Assembly (NCBI RefSeq): GCF_006345805.1
Contig: NW_021833120.1
Span: 31,033-95,032 of the forward strand
DNA length: 64,000 nucleotides
From: Octopus sinensis
Taxonomy: Eukaryota
Direction of reading: 5' to 3'
Below the pieces are notes generated by a model that saw only the letters and a program-made list of their open reading frames with translations, made no database searches and was not told where the DNA came from. A program made the translations under genes and the position numbers. Each line of letters opens with the position of its first letter. Position 1 is the stretch's first letter. Positions 26,658-39,910 of the stretch are shown here, piece after piece.

Positions 26658-26800
26658 ACTGAGCTGGCCATGTCGTCAGAATGAGTGGCGAAAGAATACC
26701 CAAAGTCTTCATGTACAGCCAGCTTGAGCGTGGGCACTGGAATGACTGACAAAGAAAGAATAGGTGGCCGGATTCTCACGTAGAAACTGACGCCAGAGTT
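26658..26800 (+). mobile_element. RTE-clade LINE C-terminal fragment (duplicated at 29001-29143)
   Basis: Translates to *AGHVVRMSGERIPKVFMYSQLERG, matching the W.GHVVRM.D.RIPK..LY.EL..G pattern. Confidence 0.7.
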
Positions 26801-27143
26801 CATCATATATATATATATATGCATAACTGTATAATATATCAATAAACTCACTCTTCTCTCGTTCTCTTCATCTGAGTTGAGTTAACCATGTTTGCCTTCT
26901 AATGCAGGATCCCTTTTCTGTCTTTAAGTGCTCCTCCTCCTCCTCAGTGTGTGTGTGTGTGTGTGTGTATGTGTGTGTGTGTGTGTGTTTGTGTACAAGT
27001 ATGTGTGTGTGTATAAGTATATATATATATATACACATACACTCATACATACATACATACATACATATAAAATTAGATAAATACACATACACATAGATAT
27101 ACATATATACGTGCATACATGCACACATTCATTCACACACACA

Positions 27144-27177
<34 letters not shown>

Positions 27178-27768
27178 CATACATGCATAAATGCATACAT
27201 ACATACATACATACGTACATACATAAATACATACATACATACACACATACATATACATACATACATACATACATACATACATACATACATACATACATAC
27301 ATACATGCATACATACATACATACATACATACATGCGTATATGTCCATGCACATCAGAATACATATATTTCAAAATATATGAACATAGTAAATTCATATT
27401 TCGATGTTTTATTTTTGTTTTACTATTTTGTACATATTTAAAAAAAAAAATAAGTCACATACTCATAAGTATACAAATATGCGCATTTATGTGTGCGGGT
27501 GTATGTGACCAGATGTTTAGTAGTAACCGATATTTAATAAGGCCAATGGCTAGTCAGATCAAAAAAATAAATATATATAAGAAAGAGGAAACAACAAAAA
27601 ACCCAGCGGATTCTTGGAGGATTCTTCAAGAGCCACACACCAAAAGACAGACACTAACCTAATTTTTAATCAGATTCTAAATTTTCAATTTCCTGTATAA
27701 GTAATTAATTTAAAAACACGTTTATTATTCATCCGCTTTCACCAATTTCATTTTTTTTTTGCTGCTAA

Positions 27769-27835
<67 letters not shown>

Positions 27836-27879
27836 GCTGCTGTTGTTGCAGTGATTGCTGTTACTCTTATTGTAAATGA

Positions 27880-27978
<99 letters not shown>

Positions 27979-28321
27979 GCTGTTGTTGCAGTGATTGCTG
28001 TTACTCTTATTGTAACTGATGTGATTGTTGCTGTTGTAGTTGTTATCAATATTATTATGGTTCTCGTTATTCTTCTTCTTACCGTTGTCGTTGTTAATTG
28101 TGATTATTATTTTTGCTGTTGTTGTTGCTGTTGTTATTGTTGTTTGTTTTTGTTAATTTTCTTTATGGTCGTCGACCTGGGTCTTTATTTTTCTTAATTG
28201 TTTTTGATTGATTATGTTGTTGTTGTAATTTTTGATGTCGATGCTGTTTCATTATTTTTCATCTTTGCCAAAATACGAGAAATTAAATCCAATATTTTAT
28301 TTGACTTTCATTAGTTGCTGA

Positions 28322-28364
<43 letters not shown>

Positions 28365-28746
28365 ACACACACATGCAAGCACAAGTGGTGAGGTGTACAC
28401 ACACGAAGCCACTCAAGCACATGCGCAGATGAGCACAAGCACACATGCAAACATACTGATATATGTGTGTCAGGATTTGTGAATTTGTATGCATGTATGA
28501 GTTGGGGAATAATTTACATATGTACGAAAAATATTCATGCATACAAGTGAGCAAATATATATATGTGTGTATATATATATATATATACATTATGCATACA
28601 CACACACATATATATATGAATAATTTTATCTATCTATAAACAGACACACCCTCACACACGTGTATATACGAACTCTATTCACGTTACTTAGTATTTATGT
28701 GTGTGTGTATAAGTATTAGGTATATTTGCCTATATGCATGTATGTA

Positions 28747-28808
<62 letters not shown>

Positions 28809-29000
28809 ACTATCTAACTATCTAACTATCTATCTATCTAACTATCTATCTATCTGTCGATACATATATGGATATATACAAATTTACTGTTAACAAAAGT
28901 CAGGTTGCGTGGCGTTCAGTTACAGAATAAATGAAAAATCCATTAAATACTAAAAAACGCATTGGTAGAATGGAGAGCTTCCTTATGCAATTACAATTAC

Positions 29001-29143
29001 ACTGAGCTGGCCATGTCGTCAGAATGAGTGGCGAAAGAATACCCAAAGTCTTCATGTACAGCCAGCTTGAGCGTGGGCACTGGAATGACTGACAAAGAAA
29101 GAATAGGTGGCCGGATTCTCACGTAGAAACTGACGCCAGAGTT
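29001..29143 (+). mobile_element. RTE-clade LINE C-terminal fragment, second copy within the tandem duplication
   Basis: Essentially identical to 26658-26800. Confidence 0.7.
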
Positions 29144-30199
29144 CATCATATATATATATATATGCATAACTGTATAATATATCAATAAACTCACTCTTCT
29201 CTCGTTCTCTTCATCTGAGTTGAGTTAACCATGTTTGCCTTCTAATGCAGGATCCCTTTTCTGTCTTTAAGTGCTCCTCCTCCTCCTCAGTGTGTGTGTG
29301 TGTGTGTGTGTGTGCGCGTGTGTGTGTGTGTGTGTGTGTGTGCATGTGTACAGTTAGACCTTCCAGACAATGGATTTTCATTATGTTTTCACAATGTACT
29401 GGTTCTTTCAAGTTGCAAAATAACAATATTTAGGTACATTGCGTCGTCATGGCATCAGTAATGAGACACCAAACGTGCAACTGAGGAATAGCCTATGTAG
29501 CATCTAAGACCTTATGACTTCCTAAGGAGCTATTAGTATGATGTGCGTAAATGAGTATGTGCTTATATGCTTATGTGTACATGCCATAAGATATTGGAAT
29601 AATTAAACAAATTGGAAACTATTGAAATAAAGTTAACTGTTTTTAAGGATAACGATAACTTATTTTTGGTTTTAAATTTTCATAAAATGCTTCTCTTTAA
29701 TTCTGCTTCCGATGTTACGCTCGCAGTTCGTCAAAAAATAAATGGGAAATATTATCCAGATATCTGCCGTTTCTATATTGCGGTAGTTGTATGTGTTGTC
29801 GATGTATCCGCATCCTCTCTGTCAACTTATTTCCAGTCTTTCGATTAATAATATCTATACAATTTCTGTTTTTGCTATTATATATTAAATTTTTTCTTTA
29901 TAAGGCTACATGTTGGTATCGGATATTATTTTTAGTTCACTACTCGTATGAATATATTGACTCATTACATCGACTGTCATTAAACGTATTTCCTATAAAT
30001 CGTCTGATAGAATGTTGCCCGTGTTAATAACCGTTTTATATAGTTCGGCTGTCATTTGATTTAAGTAACAGCTTCCCTAGTGATCAGTTTGTGTAGTTTC
30101 GGAATTTGGACAAAGATTGGCTAATTATACATACATACATACATACATACATACATACATACATACATACACACATACATACATACATACATACATACA

Positions 30200-30233
<34 letters not shown>

Positions 30234-30439
30234 CATAGACATATATTTCTGAGATTGTGCGTCTGTGGAGTGTGTCGGTATCGGGTGTGTGTATGTATGT
30301 ATATATTGTATACGCATACACGCACGCACGCACACACACTCACACACACACACATATATATCGATCTACCCGTAAACCAGTTAGCTAGCCAACCATCCAG
30401 TGAAAAGGTGACTAAAACTGAGAAAACAAAACGATAAAC

Positions 30440-31495
30440 ACAAAATGTAAAAAACATTTATGGGGTGTCTTCATCCCTTTCTATCCCGTTCTTCACTCAA
30501 CCCCTTTTGCTAAAGTCATCGGAAGGATAAAGACCGCATGTCCTTACCGGTCAAAGGAGATGGCAGTCGAATGATCTTTACAACTCAGATGATAACCATA
30601 TTTGTTCTACACATATGACAGCAGGTTTTCGATGTAACTCAACAGGTTTGCAATACTTGGACACTGGAAGGGTGCGTGCAAAACGATTTCGCCGAGCCAT
30701 ACGCATCCCGAACCGGTCCGGCTCAGAGTGTTTCCATGTCTGCAGAGATTTTTCTCGAGCAGATACAGAACTGCTCTCAGGCAGGCAACACTGCCAAGCT
30801 GACTGCCCCAGAGAGATTTCTGGAAATCTTCTACAGGGCCCGGCCTGAAAGTCTTCTGGAACAGAGCAGCCAGTTAATCATCATAGTCGCACTAAGTTTT
30901 TTCTTTTTCTTTGTCGCCAACATGAAAAGTTCATCGATCGCATTAACCGATTGGTAGAGGACAGGGAACGCTTAACGAGCGCCATTTCTCGGTCTTTACT
31001 TGACCCGAGAATACAACTCGGTCAAAAGAGGAGCTGTGCTTAAACGTATTAGACAATCGACAATCACGACAGGTTAGAATCAAAGAATTGCAAGAGATGT
31101 CGCAGCCATACTGCATGCTGAAGCATCATCAGTCACAGCACACCCACTGCTCCAGCTAGCAAGGACGTGTCTCCTTCGCAGGCAGCAATATCACATGCTC
31201 ACCATTCTAAGTTAGAATTGGAGCCTGCCACGACGGACAGGCAGTCGTGCATGCAATGTAGACATTGGCCTCCTCCGCCTGAAGTTACAGGATAAATTTC
31301 CTCTCGACCTATTTCTGCGTGAAACTGGTCGTCACCCCGCCCCAATTCTTGTCCGGTTACTTGTCTGAACCAAACCAAACCAAATGTCGAGCAATGCAAT
31401 CGCTCGGTCCCTTCTTCTAGCACCACACGTGGCGGTTGGATGGCGTGGATCTTCCTCTTCAAGTGCCGATTTGCGGGTCCATAGCCGATAGCTTT
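30440..31495 (-). mobile_element. Old, diverged Tx1/L1-clade LINE 3' fragment related to the 56-60 kb element
   Basis: Minus strand WFGSDK*PDKNWGGVT...VERKFIL*LQAEEANVYIA and EKNLCRHGNTLSRTGSGCVWLGEIVLHAPFQCPSIANLLSYIENLLS. These align by eye with VWFGPDL..ERKLSLKGRAEVANTYIA and DKLYRHGSRNTGPTCPRCGQSDETVLHALVQCPTISDLWAYVEQLLS. Confidence 0.75.
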
Positions 31496-32474
31496 ATGAT
31501 CTAACTTAAAAGAGGAGAGATGATTGCTAATTCTTTGCTTAAAATTTATCGTACAGCCTAAATAAAAAAAATTTACTATTCGAAGTTGTTATAGTACATT
31601 TATAGATTACATTATGGACCCCACACCGACCAGATGCCGGACATTTTGACTTAATCCTAAAATTGCAACAATGGGGATAATTTTCAGATTTAGAATTGAT
31701 TAAGGATAGATCTCTCATATTGCTGCTATTCAAATTATTATGAGTATTATTTTCGTTATTATAGGTAATACTATTATCTGAAGTTGGGCTACTATTTTTC
31801 GGTCCGTTTACACTATCATTTAGATCTACCATAGCGATATCGCAATTACCCACGTTATTGGTATTGTTGTTATTATTGCTTATATTTCTATCTAAATGCT
31901 TATTACCGTTATAGATATAATTATTATCTTCATTACTGATATTATTTCTATTTGTATTGCCCGTATTATTATCATTATTATTACTCCTGTTAATATTAGT
32001 TATATCATTGCTGTTGGTGCTGCTCTTATTTTGATAATTATTATTAGTGTTATTATTTTTATTTTTATTTTTGATACTATTATTATAATTGTTATTGGTA
32101 TTCATGTTGATATTAGTCTTATTACTCCTGGCTGACTTAATATTTTTATTAATAATTCTAGCTATTATAGTGGATATATTTAGGAGGGTTGAGTAAGAAA
32201 TCCTAACCGTTCTCTTAGAAATTATTCTATGATATCTATGAGAGGCTGGAAAATGTTTTTCTAGTATTGAATAGAATCTGCCATATATATCCGATAAGAT
32301 CGCGTAGTTGAAAGGAACATTCAACCATATTATATTTGCTTTATTATATTTTCTTAAATCAGAGTTAGGGTTAGTTGAATTATTACTGATCCTACGAGAA
32401 TTATTAATCATATTATTTCTATTTTTATATTTTTTAGATTTATCCAGATTAGTCTTATCAAAGTGAGTTGTCAA
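31496..32474 (-). mobile_element. Penelope-like element ORF fragment: RT thumb/linker, Asn-rich insert and GIY-YIG endonuclease start
   Basis: The 311-aa ORF has IIWLNVPFN...ILEKHFPASHRYHRIISKRTVRISYS and CNFRIKSKCPASGRCGVHNVIYKCTI. After a frameshift in a T-run it continues YLGCTINFKQRISNHLSSFK. Confidence 0.85.
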
Positions 32475-33319
32475 CTCTCTTCCATGGAGACATATGAAAT
32501 TCTAAAGCATAGAAGAGATAAAAAATCTACTAAATAACCGTAGAGAATTAGGTATATGTTGTATTCACTCAAAAATCAAAACTCTAAAATATTTAAAATA
32601 GAAATAAATAGAAATTTATAGTTTCTCCCACTGGTGTTCTTTCTAACTGTACCTTTTTAATATAAAAAATAAATAGTATTTGTACTATGCTAACTTTTAA
32701 TTGACTTTGTAGTCAATTTAATTAAGCTTACTTAAATCATATAAATAGCTAAACTTTCTTAATTCTATTCTAAATTTAATATGTGATACTATTCTCTTAA
32801 GGATACGTTTAATTTCGACTATATTTTTGAATAAGTAAAATCCCCCTACTAATTGCTATTGAATTTATTTGACCTCTAGATGTCGACCTAAATTATTTCT
32901 TACAATATATAAACAAAAGTTAGAATAGAAACAATAATAAATAAATAACCCTCTTTTCTAGTCTTATCCTTAACTTTTTTACTGTATCTTCGTCTACTGA
33001 TAACCTATGACCCCTTTAATGCTTTCCTTTGATCTCTCTGTGTTCTTTACCCCACCATTAACTCTGTGAGGCTCTAAGTTCAGAGCCGGTGGTGGCCAAA
33101 CTTACCGTTCTTTTATAAATTCAAGATTCCTTCAACATTGACCAAGATTTTCTGTCACCACAGAAACAGACTAATCTTTGTCTGTGGCACCCTTATTCCC
33201 TCTTACTCCCCACTCCTTTCCTCCCATAATGTCCTTTATTTGGCTAAACCTACCTCGCTATATTTCTTACTACTACTAAATTCTGTTTGCAACAGTTAGA
33301 TGTGAACTGAACCAGTGTG

Positions 33320-33775
33320 TTAACAACACCTTTCCTCGTGTTTTCTGGAATTTATATCAACACCTTTATGGTTGGATTTACCTTCTCTGAGAAGTTAATA
33401 ATCATTAAAAAATTTTTTTTAAAAACTGTGCATCGTTGGAAAACATATAAAGTCTGCTTATTACCTTACTTCAAATTCATAGAACTCACTCTGAATACTT
33501 CATAAGGATATTTACACGCTCTAGGATGTTTGGAAAACATATATGTGATTTAGCTGATGAATACTCGACATTATATTTGGTGTAATATTTGAAGGTTTAA
33601 ATAAAATGTTTTTAGTATGAAACAATTGTACTAATTTACTGATCCATTCTTGTTACTTTTTTCTTGGTTATAATCACCCCACATATTTTTATGGTTAATA
33701 CCATAAAGAATTCTGGTGCATCTAAGTACCATATTCATTTGAATTCATTTCAATTCATTTGAATCTTAATTGTTT
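33320..33775. repeat. Unclassified interspersed repeat (family Z), diverged copy at 48440-48940
   Basis: Shared blocks CTAGGATGT, TTTAGCTGATGA, GTATGAAAC.ATTGTACTAA, ATCCATTCTTGTT, TTATAATCACCCCACAT and TGGTGCATCTAAGT in the same order. Confidence 0.75.
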
Positions 33776-33801
33776 TGCTGAAATTATATATATATATATA
33801 T

Positions 33802-33844
<43 letters not shown>

Positions 33845-33978
33845 ATATATATATACACATACATATATATATACATACATATATATATACATACATATAT
33901 ATATATATATATAAATATATATATATTATATATATACATACATGTATATATATATACGTTTATATATTTGTGTGTGTG

Positions 33979-34049
<71 letters not shown>

Positions 34050-34094
34050 ATATTATCGACCACATATACTTCACTTATATGTGTTGTGTATTTG

Positions 34095-34315
34095 CCGGTC
34101 TTGTTTCTATGTTTCAACCCCACCCCAGCCCATTGCTTGATATATGTGTCGGTGTTTTTACAGCCATGTAAGACAGCGGTTCGTCAATAAGAGAACGACA
34201 GAATAGAATAGGTCCTTAAAAATAAGAACTGGGGTTCATTTGTTCGACTGCAGACATTCAACTGGTGCCCCATCATGGCCACAATCCAATGGCAGAAAGA
34301 AGATAAAGGGAAAAA
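34095..34315 (+). mobile_element. SINE family A, diverged 3' half
   Basis: GCGGTTCGTCAATAAGAGAACGACAGAATAG and GGTGCCCCATCATGGCCACAATCCAATG. Confidence 0.65.
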
Positions 34316-34439
34316 TTAAGATAATGTCATCCCACCTTAAATTAAAGTAAGAAAGAAAGAAGGAAAGAAAGAAAGGAAAGAGAGAAGGAAGAAAGAGGGA
34401 AAGAGAATTAGAAAGGAAGGAGAAAAAGAAGAAAGAAAA

Positions 34440-34496
<57 letters not shown>

Positions 34497-34875
34497 GGGA
34501 ACGAAGGATATAAAGAAAAACTGGGAGCACGTTTTCAACGTTTTGATGATCCGGTTTAGTCAGCTGGATCAGGACCAACTCAGGGTTAAACAACGACCGC
34601 ACCAACGGCAACAACAAAAACAAGAGCTTACCTTGTATGGTGGCAGAGGAGGACCCTAAATCATATTTTGTTTTATATTTACTTAAGGTTTTTGTTATTT
34701 GTGATGTTTGCCTTTATGTTTCAGCGACAAATCAAAATGGCTGTCAGGCCAACAATAAAGCGCTGTGGTTTATGACTGGCTCCCGACCATATTTTATGTG
34801 ACCCGGGAGCCCTCGCAGCAGACGGAAAACAGCAGTTTTAACTGAGTGTCACTTTTTGCTGGCGGCGTCTTACAT

Positions 34876-35560
34876 GCAGGGTGAGGGTGGAGGCGGTGAG
34901 GGAGGTGGCGGTAAGGGTGGCGGCGGTGAGCGTGGTGGTGATGAGGGTGGTAGTGAGGTTGGCGGCAGTAATGATGGCGGCGGTGAGCATGGCAGTGGTG
35001 AGGATGGTGGTGGTGTTGGGGGCGGCGGTGAGGGTGGCGGAGGCGGCAGTTTTGGTGGCGACGGCGGTGATGGTGGCGGTGATGATGGCGGTGGTGAAGG
35101 TGGTAGTAGCGATGGTCGTACCGGGGTGATGGTGGTGGCGGTGATAGCGGCCATTGAGGTGGTGGTGGTGTCGATGTTAGTGACATTAACGGTGGTTGCG
35201 GAGGTGGCAGCGATATTAGTAGTTGTGGTGGTAGTGGTGATGGTAGTAGAAGTGGTGGTGGTGGTGGTGGCCCAGCCTTTAAAAGGAAACACTGACCTTT
35301 TATGGTTGATGACTTCATATCAGATCTGTCACGGATTACCAATTAAAGATTAATGGTCACGGTAGTTGCGGTGGCGGTGGCGGCGGCGGTGGGTATTCGC
35401 CGTTGTGGCGATTGTTGTCATGATGGCGATTTGTAGTGAACCTGCTGATATTCATAATGGTGGCAGTGGCGTTGATGATATCGGTGGTGGTTGTGATAAT
35501 ATTGATGGTAGATTATTTGGTGGTGTTAATGGCGATGGTATTGGTATTGTTTCACGTGAT
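34876..35560. repeat. Degenerate (GGT/GGC)n trinucleotide tracts
   Basis: Low-complexity in all frames, interrupted by a unique island at 35270-35362. Confidence 0.85.
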
Positions 35561-35569
35561 AACGCTGGT

Positions 35570-35773
35570 ATCTAATTTTGGCATAGGGCCACCAGTTTTG
35601 GAGGCGGGGTAAATAAATTACATCGACCCCAGTACTCAACTGGTACTTATTTTATCGACCCCGTAAAGGTAAAAGCAAAGTCGACCTCAGCGGAATTTGA
35701 ACCCAGAATGTAAAGACGGACGAAATGCTGATTAGCATTGTGCTAGGCATGCTACCGGTTCTGCCACCTCGCC
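35570..35773 (-). mobile_element. SINE family B, near-full copy
   Basis: CGACCCCAGTACTCAACTGGTACTTATTTTATCGACCCC, GTCGACCTCAGCGGAATTTGAACC and CCGGTTCTGCCACCTCGCC. Confidence 0.85.
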
Positions 35774-36084
35774 AATGGACTTCGGTACAGTTACTCTTTA
35801 GATACTTTCACATTTAGATATTTTCACATTCAAGTTTTTATATATCACAGAAAACACCAACATTCTTACCCTTCAGAAATATCCAAATATTTTGTTTAAA
35901 ACGTTAGATCGCGTATATTCAGCTTATCCTCCTATGAGTAATCCTTTAATCTGTCAAATTTACAGTGGCTTCAAAGATACAATACGTTACATAAAAAAAC
36001 ATTAGTAATATTCATAAGCGAAAGCTTATTTGGTACAACTCTACTTGGAATTTTAAAGATCGTTCTTTCTTTTAGCTTTTGTAT

Positions 36085-36832
36085 CTTTTATCTTTTACTT
36101 GTTTTAGTCATTAGACTGCGGCCATGCTGGGGCACCACCTTGAACAGGTTTTAGGCAATGAACTCGTCTTACGATGTACTCACTCGTTTAACAAATCAAT
36201 TTTCTCCATTGAAGTTGACCAAAATATAATTAATCCGTTCCAACCCCGCCAAATCACTCAAAAATTATTTTTTATGGGTTTTAAAGAAGGATGGATGTAG
36301 TTACAAGTAAAATGACAATTATAAAAAAAAAGAAAATGCAAAAGAAATGCGTAAGGTGGTATTATTAACTGAATTACCTGAAAGTAATTACCTGTGTGCT
36401 CGTACTGCGGATTTTCGCTCGTACTTCAAGACAAAATTTGCACGAGTCTCGGCTCCTACAGCAAATTACTCGTACAATGAGGTATTCGTAATGCGAGATT
36501 CTATCATATTTAATTTTTGAAGCGTGGTACTTATTCTATCGGTCACTTTTGCAGCACCGCTAACTTACGGGGATATAAACACACCAGCACCAGTTCTCAC
36601 ACTGTGCTGGGGACAAACACAAATTTTAAGACGCACACACTCACGCACATACACGCACAGATGTATACATACGATATGCTTCTTTCAGTCTCCATCTCCC
36701 AAATCCACTCACAAGGTTTTGATTGGTTCAAGGCTATAGTAGAAGCCACATGCTCAAGGTGCTACGCAGTGGGACTGAACCCGAAACCATGTGGTTGGGA
36801 AGGTAGCTTCCTACAACACAGCCACGCCTGCA
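36085..36832 (-). mobile_element. SINE family A split into tail (36085-36145) and head/middle (36520-36832) by about 370 bp of other sequence
   Basis: CATTAGACTGCGGCCATGCTGGGGCACCACC tail, then CCAAATCCACTCACAAGG and GTGGGACTGAACCCG head. Confidence 0.7.
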
Positions 36833-36994
36833 CCATGGGGTTTTTATAAGTCTTAGAATTAAGCATTTGCCCCCCTAAAACCGGTATTATAAGGCTACGC
36901 ATACATACGTTTCATTTCAATATTGAATCCCTTATCCCAATTTGTAAACACTCACTTCAGTGGACACACACATGCATACACATTCAAATGCACA

Positions 36995-37030
<36 letters not shown>

Positions 37031-37184
37031 CACACACGTATATATAGACATATTTATGTATGTGTGTATGTGTGTCTATGTATTCGTATGTATATGTGTT
37101 TGTGGAAAGAGATGCCAAAGGAAAAAGGAGAGAGATTCAGTAAAATATGAGGGAATGAAAGAACTAATATTAATAAGTGGTAGT

Positions 37185-37384
37185 AATGTTTGTAGTAGTA
37201 GTGGGAGGATGAGGAAGGGAGGAGAAAGAAAAAGGATGGGGAGGGAAAGAAGAAGAAGAAAGGGAAAAGGACGAGGAGGGGAAGAGGAGGAAAAGAAGAA
37301 AATGAAGGCGGAGGAGGAAAAGAAGAAGTCGTAGCAGTAGTAGTAGTCGTAGTAGTCGTAGTAGTAGTAGTAGTAGTAGTAGTC

Positions 37385-37415
<31 letters not shown>

Positions 37416-37700
37416 AAGAAGAAGAAGAAGAAGAAGAAGCAGAAGATGATGATGACAGAGAAGGAGGAGGAAGGGGAGGGTGAGAAGAAGAAGATACCGG
37501 TGATGAAGGAGGACAAGAAGAAGAAGAAGAAGAAGAAGAAGAAGGAAGAAAGAAGAAGCAGTAGAAAAAGAAGAAGAAAAAAGAAAAAGCAGAAGAAGAT
37601 GAAGAAGAAGAAGAAGGAGGAGGGTAGGAGGAGCAGGAAATAGAAGAAATAAGATAGTGATGATGAAGGATTAGAAGAAGGAGGAAGGGGAGGTGGAAAA
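37185..37700. repeat. Compound (GAA)n/(GTA)n purine-rich microsatellite
   Basis: Direct reading of the sequence. Confidence 0.9.
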
Positions 37701-38188
37701 CAAAGAAGAGCAGTAATAAATACAATAAAGTATACCAACCATACAAAAAAAACAACGAAACAACAACAACAACAAATGATATTGCAAACATTTGATATTA
37801 TTTGAAAAGTGTAATTTCGAAACCAGGAAATATGGCAGCCATAGTTTTATTTTATTTTATTTCATTTTTTTCATAATTTTCGTTGACTTCCTAATTTCTT
37901 TCCTATTTTTTGTTTTTTGAATATTTTTATTTTATATTTATTATTATATATTTTATGATTTTCTTTCAGCATTTCTCTTCTCGTTTTCTGGTTATTGATT
38001 TATTTTTAATATTTATTTAATTTATTATATACATACATACACAAATATATATATATATACACACATACATACGTACTTACATACATATATATATATATGT
38101 ATACACACACACACACCACACAACAACACACAACACACACACACACACACAACCACACAACACACACACACACACACACACACCACAC

Positions 38189-38237
<49 letters not shown>

Positions 38238-38479
38238 GTACATATACGTGTATATATAATTTAATCTGATCTTCATAAAATCCAGATATCTTCACTTTGC
38301 TACAGTTGCGTCTACGCACACACACAATGATACATAGTCATAAATAAATATTAATTAATATATAAAATTATGGGAACAGCAATATATCTAAGCTAATATA
38401 TTAAAATGAATAACTGTGTGTATGTATATGTGTATATGTATATATATATATATATCTATATGTATATGTATCCATCAAT

Positions 38480-38557
<78 letters not shown>

Positions 38558-38792
38558 GTCTGTCTGTCTATATACATACACATTTATATATGCATATATA
38601 TATACACACACGCTTTTATGTATGTATAGACATGTATATAATCTATTGATTCACTTCAGACCGATTATTTTTTCTTTATTAAAATTCAAATCGAAGAATA
38701 GAGTCATGTGGTTGTGTATGAATGATGCAATTTATGATCCTGCGTGCGCGTGTGTATGTGTGTGAATATACTTCCATATACATATATATATA

Positions 38793-38835
<43 letters not shown>

Positions 38836-38888
38836 ATATATATGCATATATTTCATATGCTCATATAATATGTATATGTGTATAATAT

Positions 38889-39295
38889 ACGCAGGAGTGG
38901 CTATGTGGTAAGTAGCTTGTTTACTAGCCACGTGGTTCTGGGTTCAGTCCCATTGCGTGGCACCTTGGGCAAGTGTCTTCTACTATAGCTTCGGGCCGAC
39001 CAAAGCCTTGTGAGTGGATTTGGTAGACGGAAACAGAAAGAAGCCCGTCGTATATATGTAAATGGATATTTATGTATGTGTATATGTTTGTGTGTCTGTG
39101 TTTGTCCCCCTAACATCACTTGCCGACTGATGCTGGGGTGTTTACGTCCCCATAACTTAGCGTTTCAGCAAATATCAGACCGATAGAATAAATACTAGGC
39201 TTACAAAGAATGAGCCGATTTACGGGAAGAAAAGGTGGTGCTCCAGCATGGCCGCAGTTAAATGACTGAAGGAAGTAAAAGAATAGAAGAATATA
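38889..39295 (+). mobile_element. SINE family A, full-length copy
   Basis: Complete head (GCAGGAGTGGCTATGTGGTAAG...GGTTCAGTCCC), internal (TA/TG)n and tail CTCCAGCATGGCCGCAGTTAAATGACTGAA. Confidence 0.9.
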
Positions 39296-39814
39296 TATAT
39301 ATATATATATACACATGTGATTGTGTGTGTGTGTGTATGCACGCTCGCGCGCGCGTGTGTATGTGCATACATTTGTATGTATGTTTGTATACTACCTGAA
39401 TATTGTTTCATAGAGTTCGATAGAGACGACAGAGGGACGCATCGTCTAAACCTCACCTGTCAGCAGTTCTAAATTACTGTTTTTATTGAAATTTTACGTT
39501 CTTCATTTTTGCATTCTTCGTTCTTTGAAATCTGGAAAGAATTGAAACAGATGCCATGTAACAAGAGAGTGAAACTAAAAGAGAGATAGGGAGAGAGCAA
39601 GAGAGCAAGAAGAGAGAAGGAGAGAGAGAGAAAGGGGAGGAAATGAGAGATGAAGCGGTACAAGGTAGGGGTGTTGCGATTGAATGAATGAACAATTTAA
39701 AAATAATGAAATTCTGAAGAAGAACGGTAATTGTTTTGGTATACAACGAATGTGACTCGAATTTTTTTACTCATTTCCCTCTTCATATGAGCGTTTAATG
39801 ATATATATATATAT

Positions 39815-39873
<59 letters not shown>

Positions 39874-39877
39874 ATAA

Positions 39878-39910
<33 letters not shown>

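Larger units (their letters stand above)
24673..29290. repeat. Tandem duplication of a ~2.3-kb unit (24673-26947 and 26948-29290)
   Basis: Unique sequence is nearly identical at an offset of about 2300-2343 bp. Differences are mostly microsatellite lengths, and all three breakpoints lie in (TG)n. Confidence 0.97.

Noticed and set aside
32475-33250. Upstream continuation of the Penelope RT
   Set aside because: It is AT-rich with many stops and no RT motif that I could read convincingly.
34794-35353. Proline-rich or glycine-rich protein ORFs
   Set aside because: A degenerate GGT/GGC repeat is open in four overlapping frames, with no supported splice context or recognisable domain.
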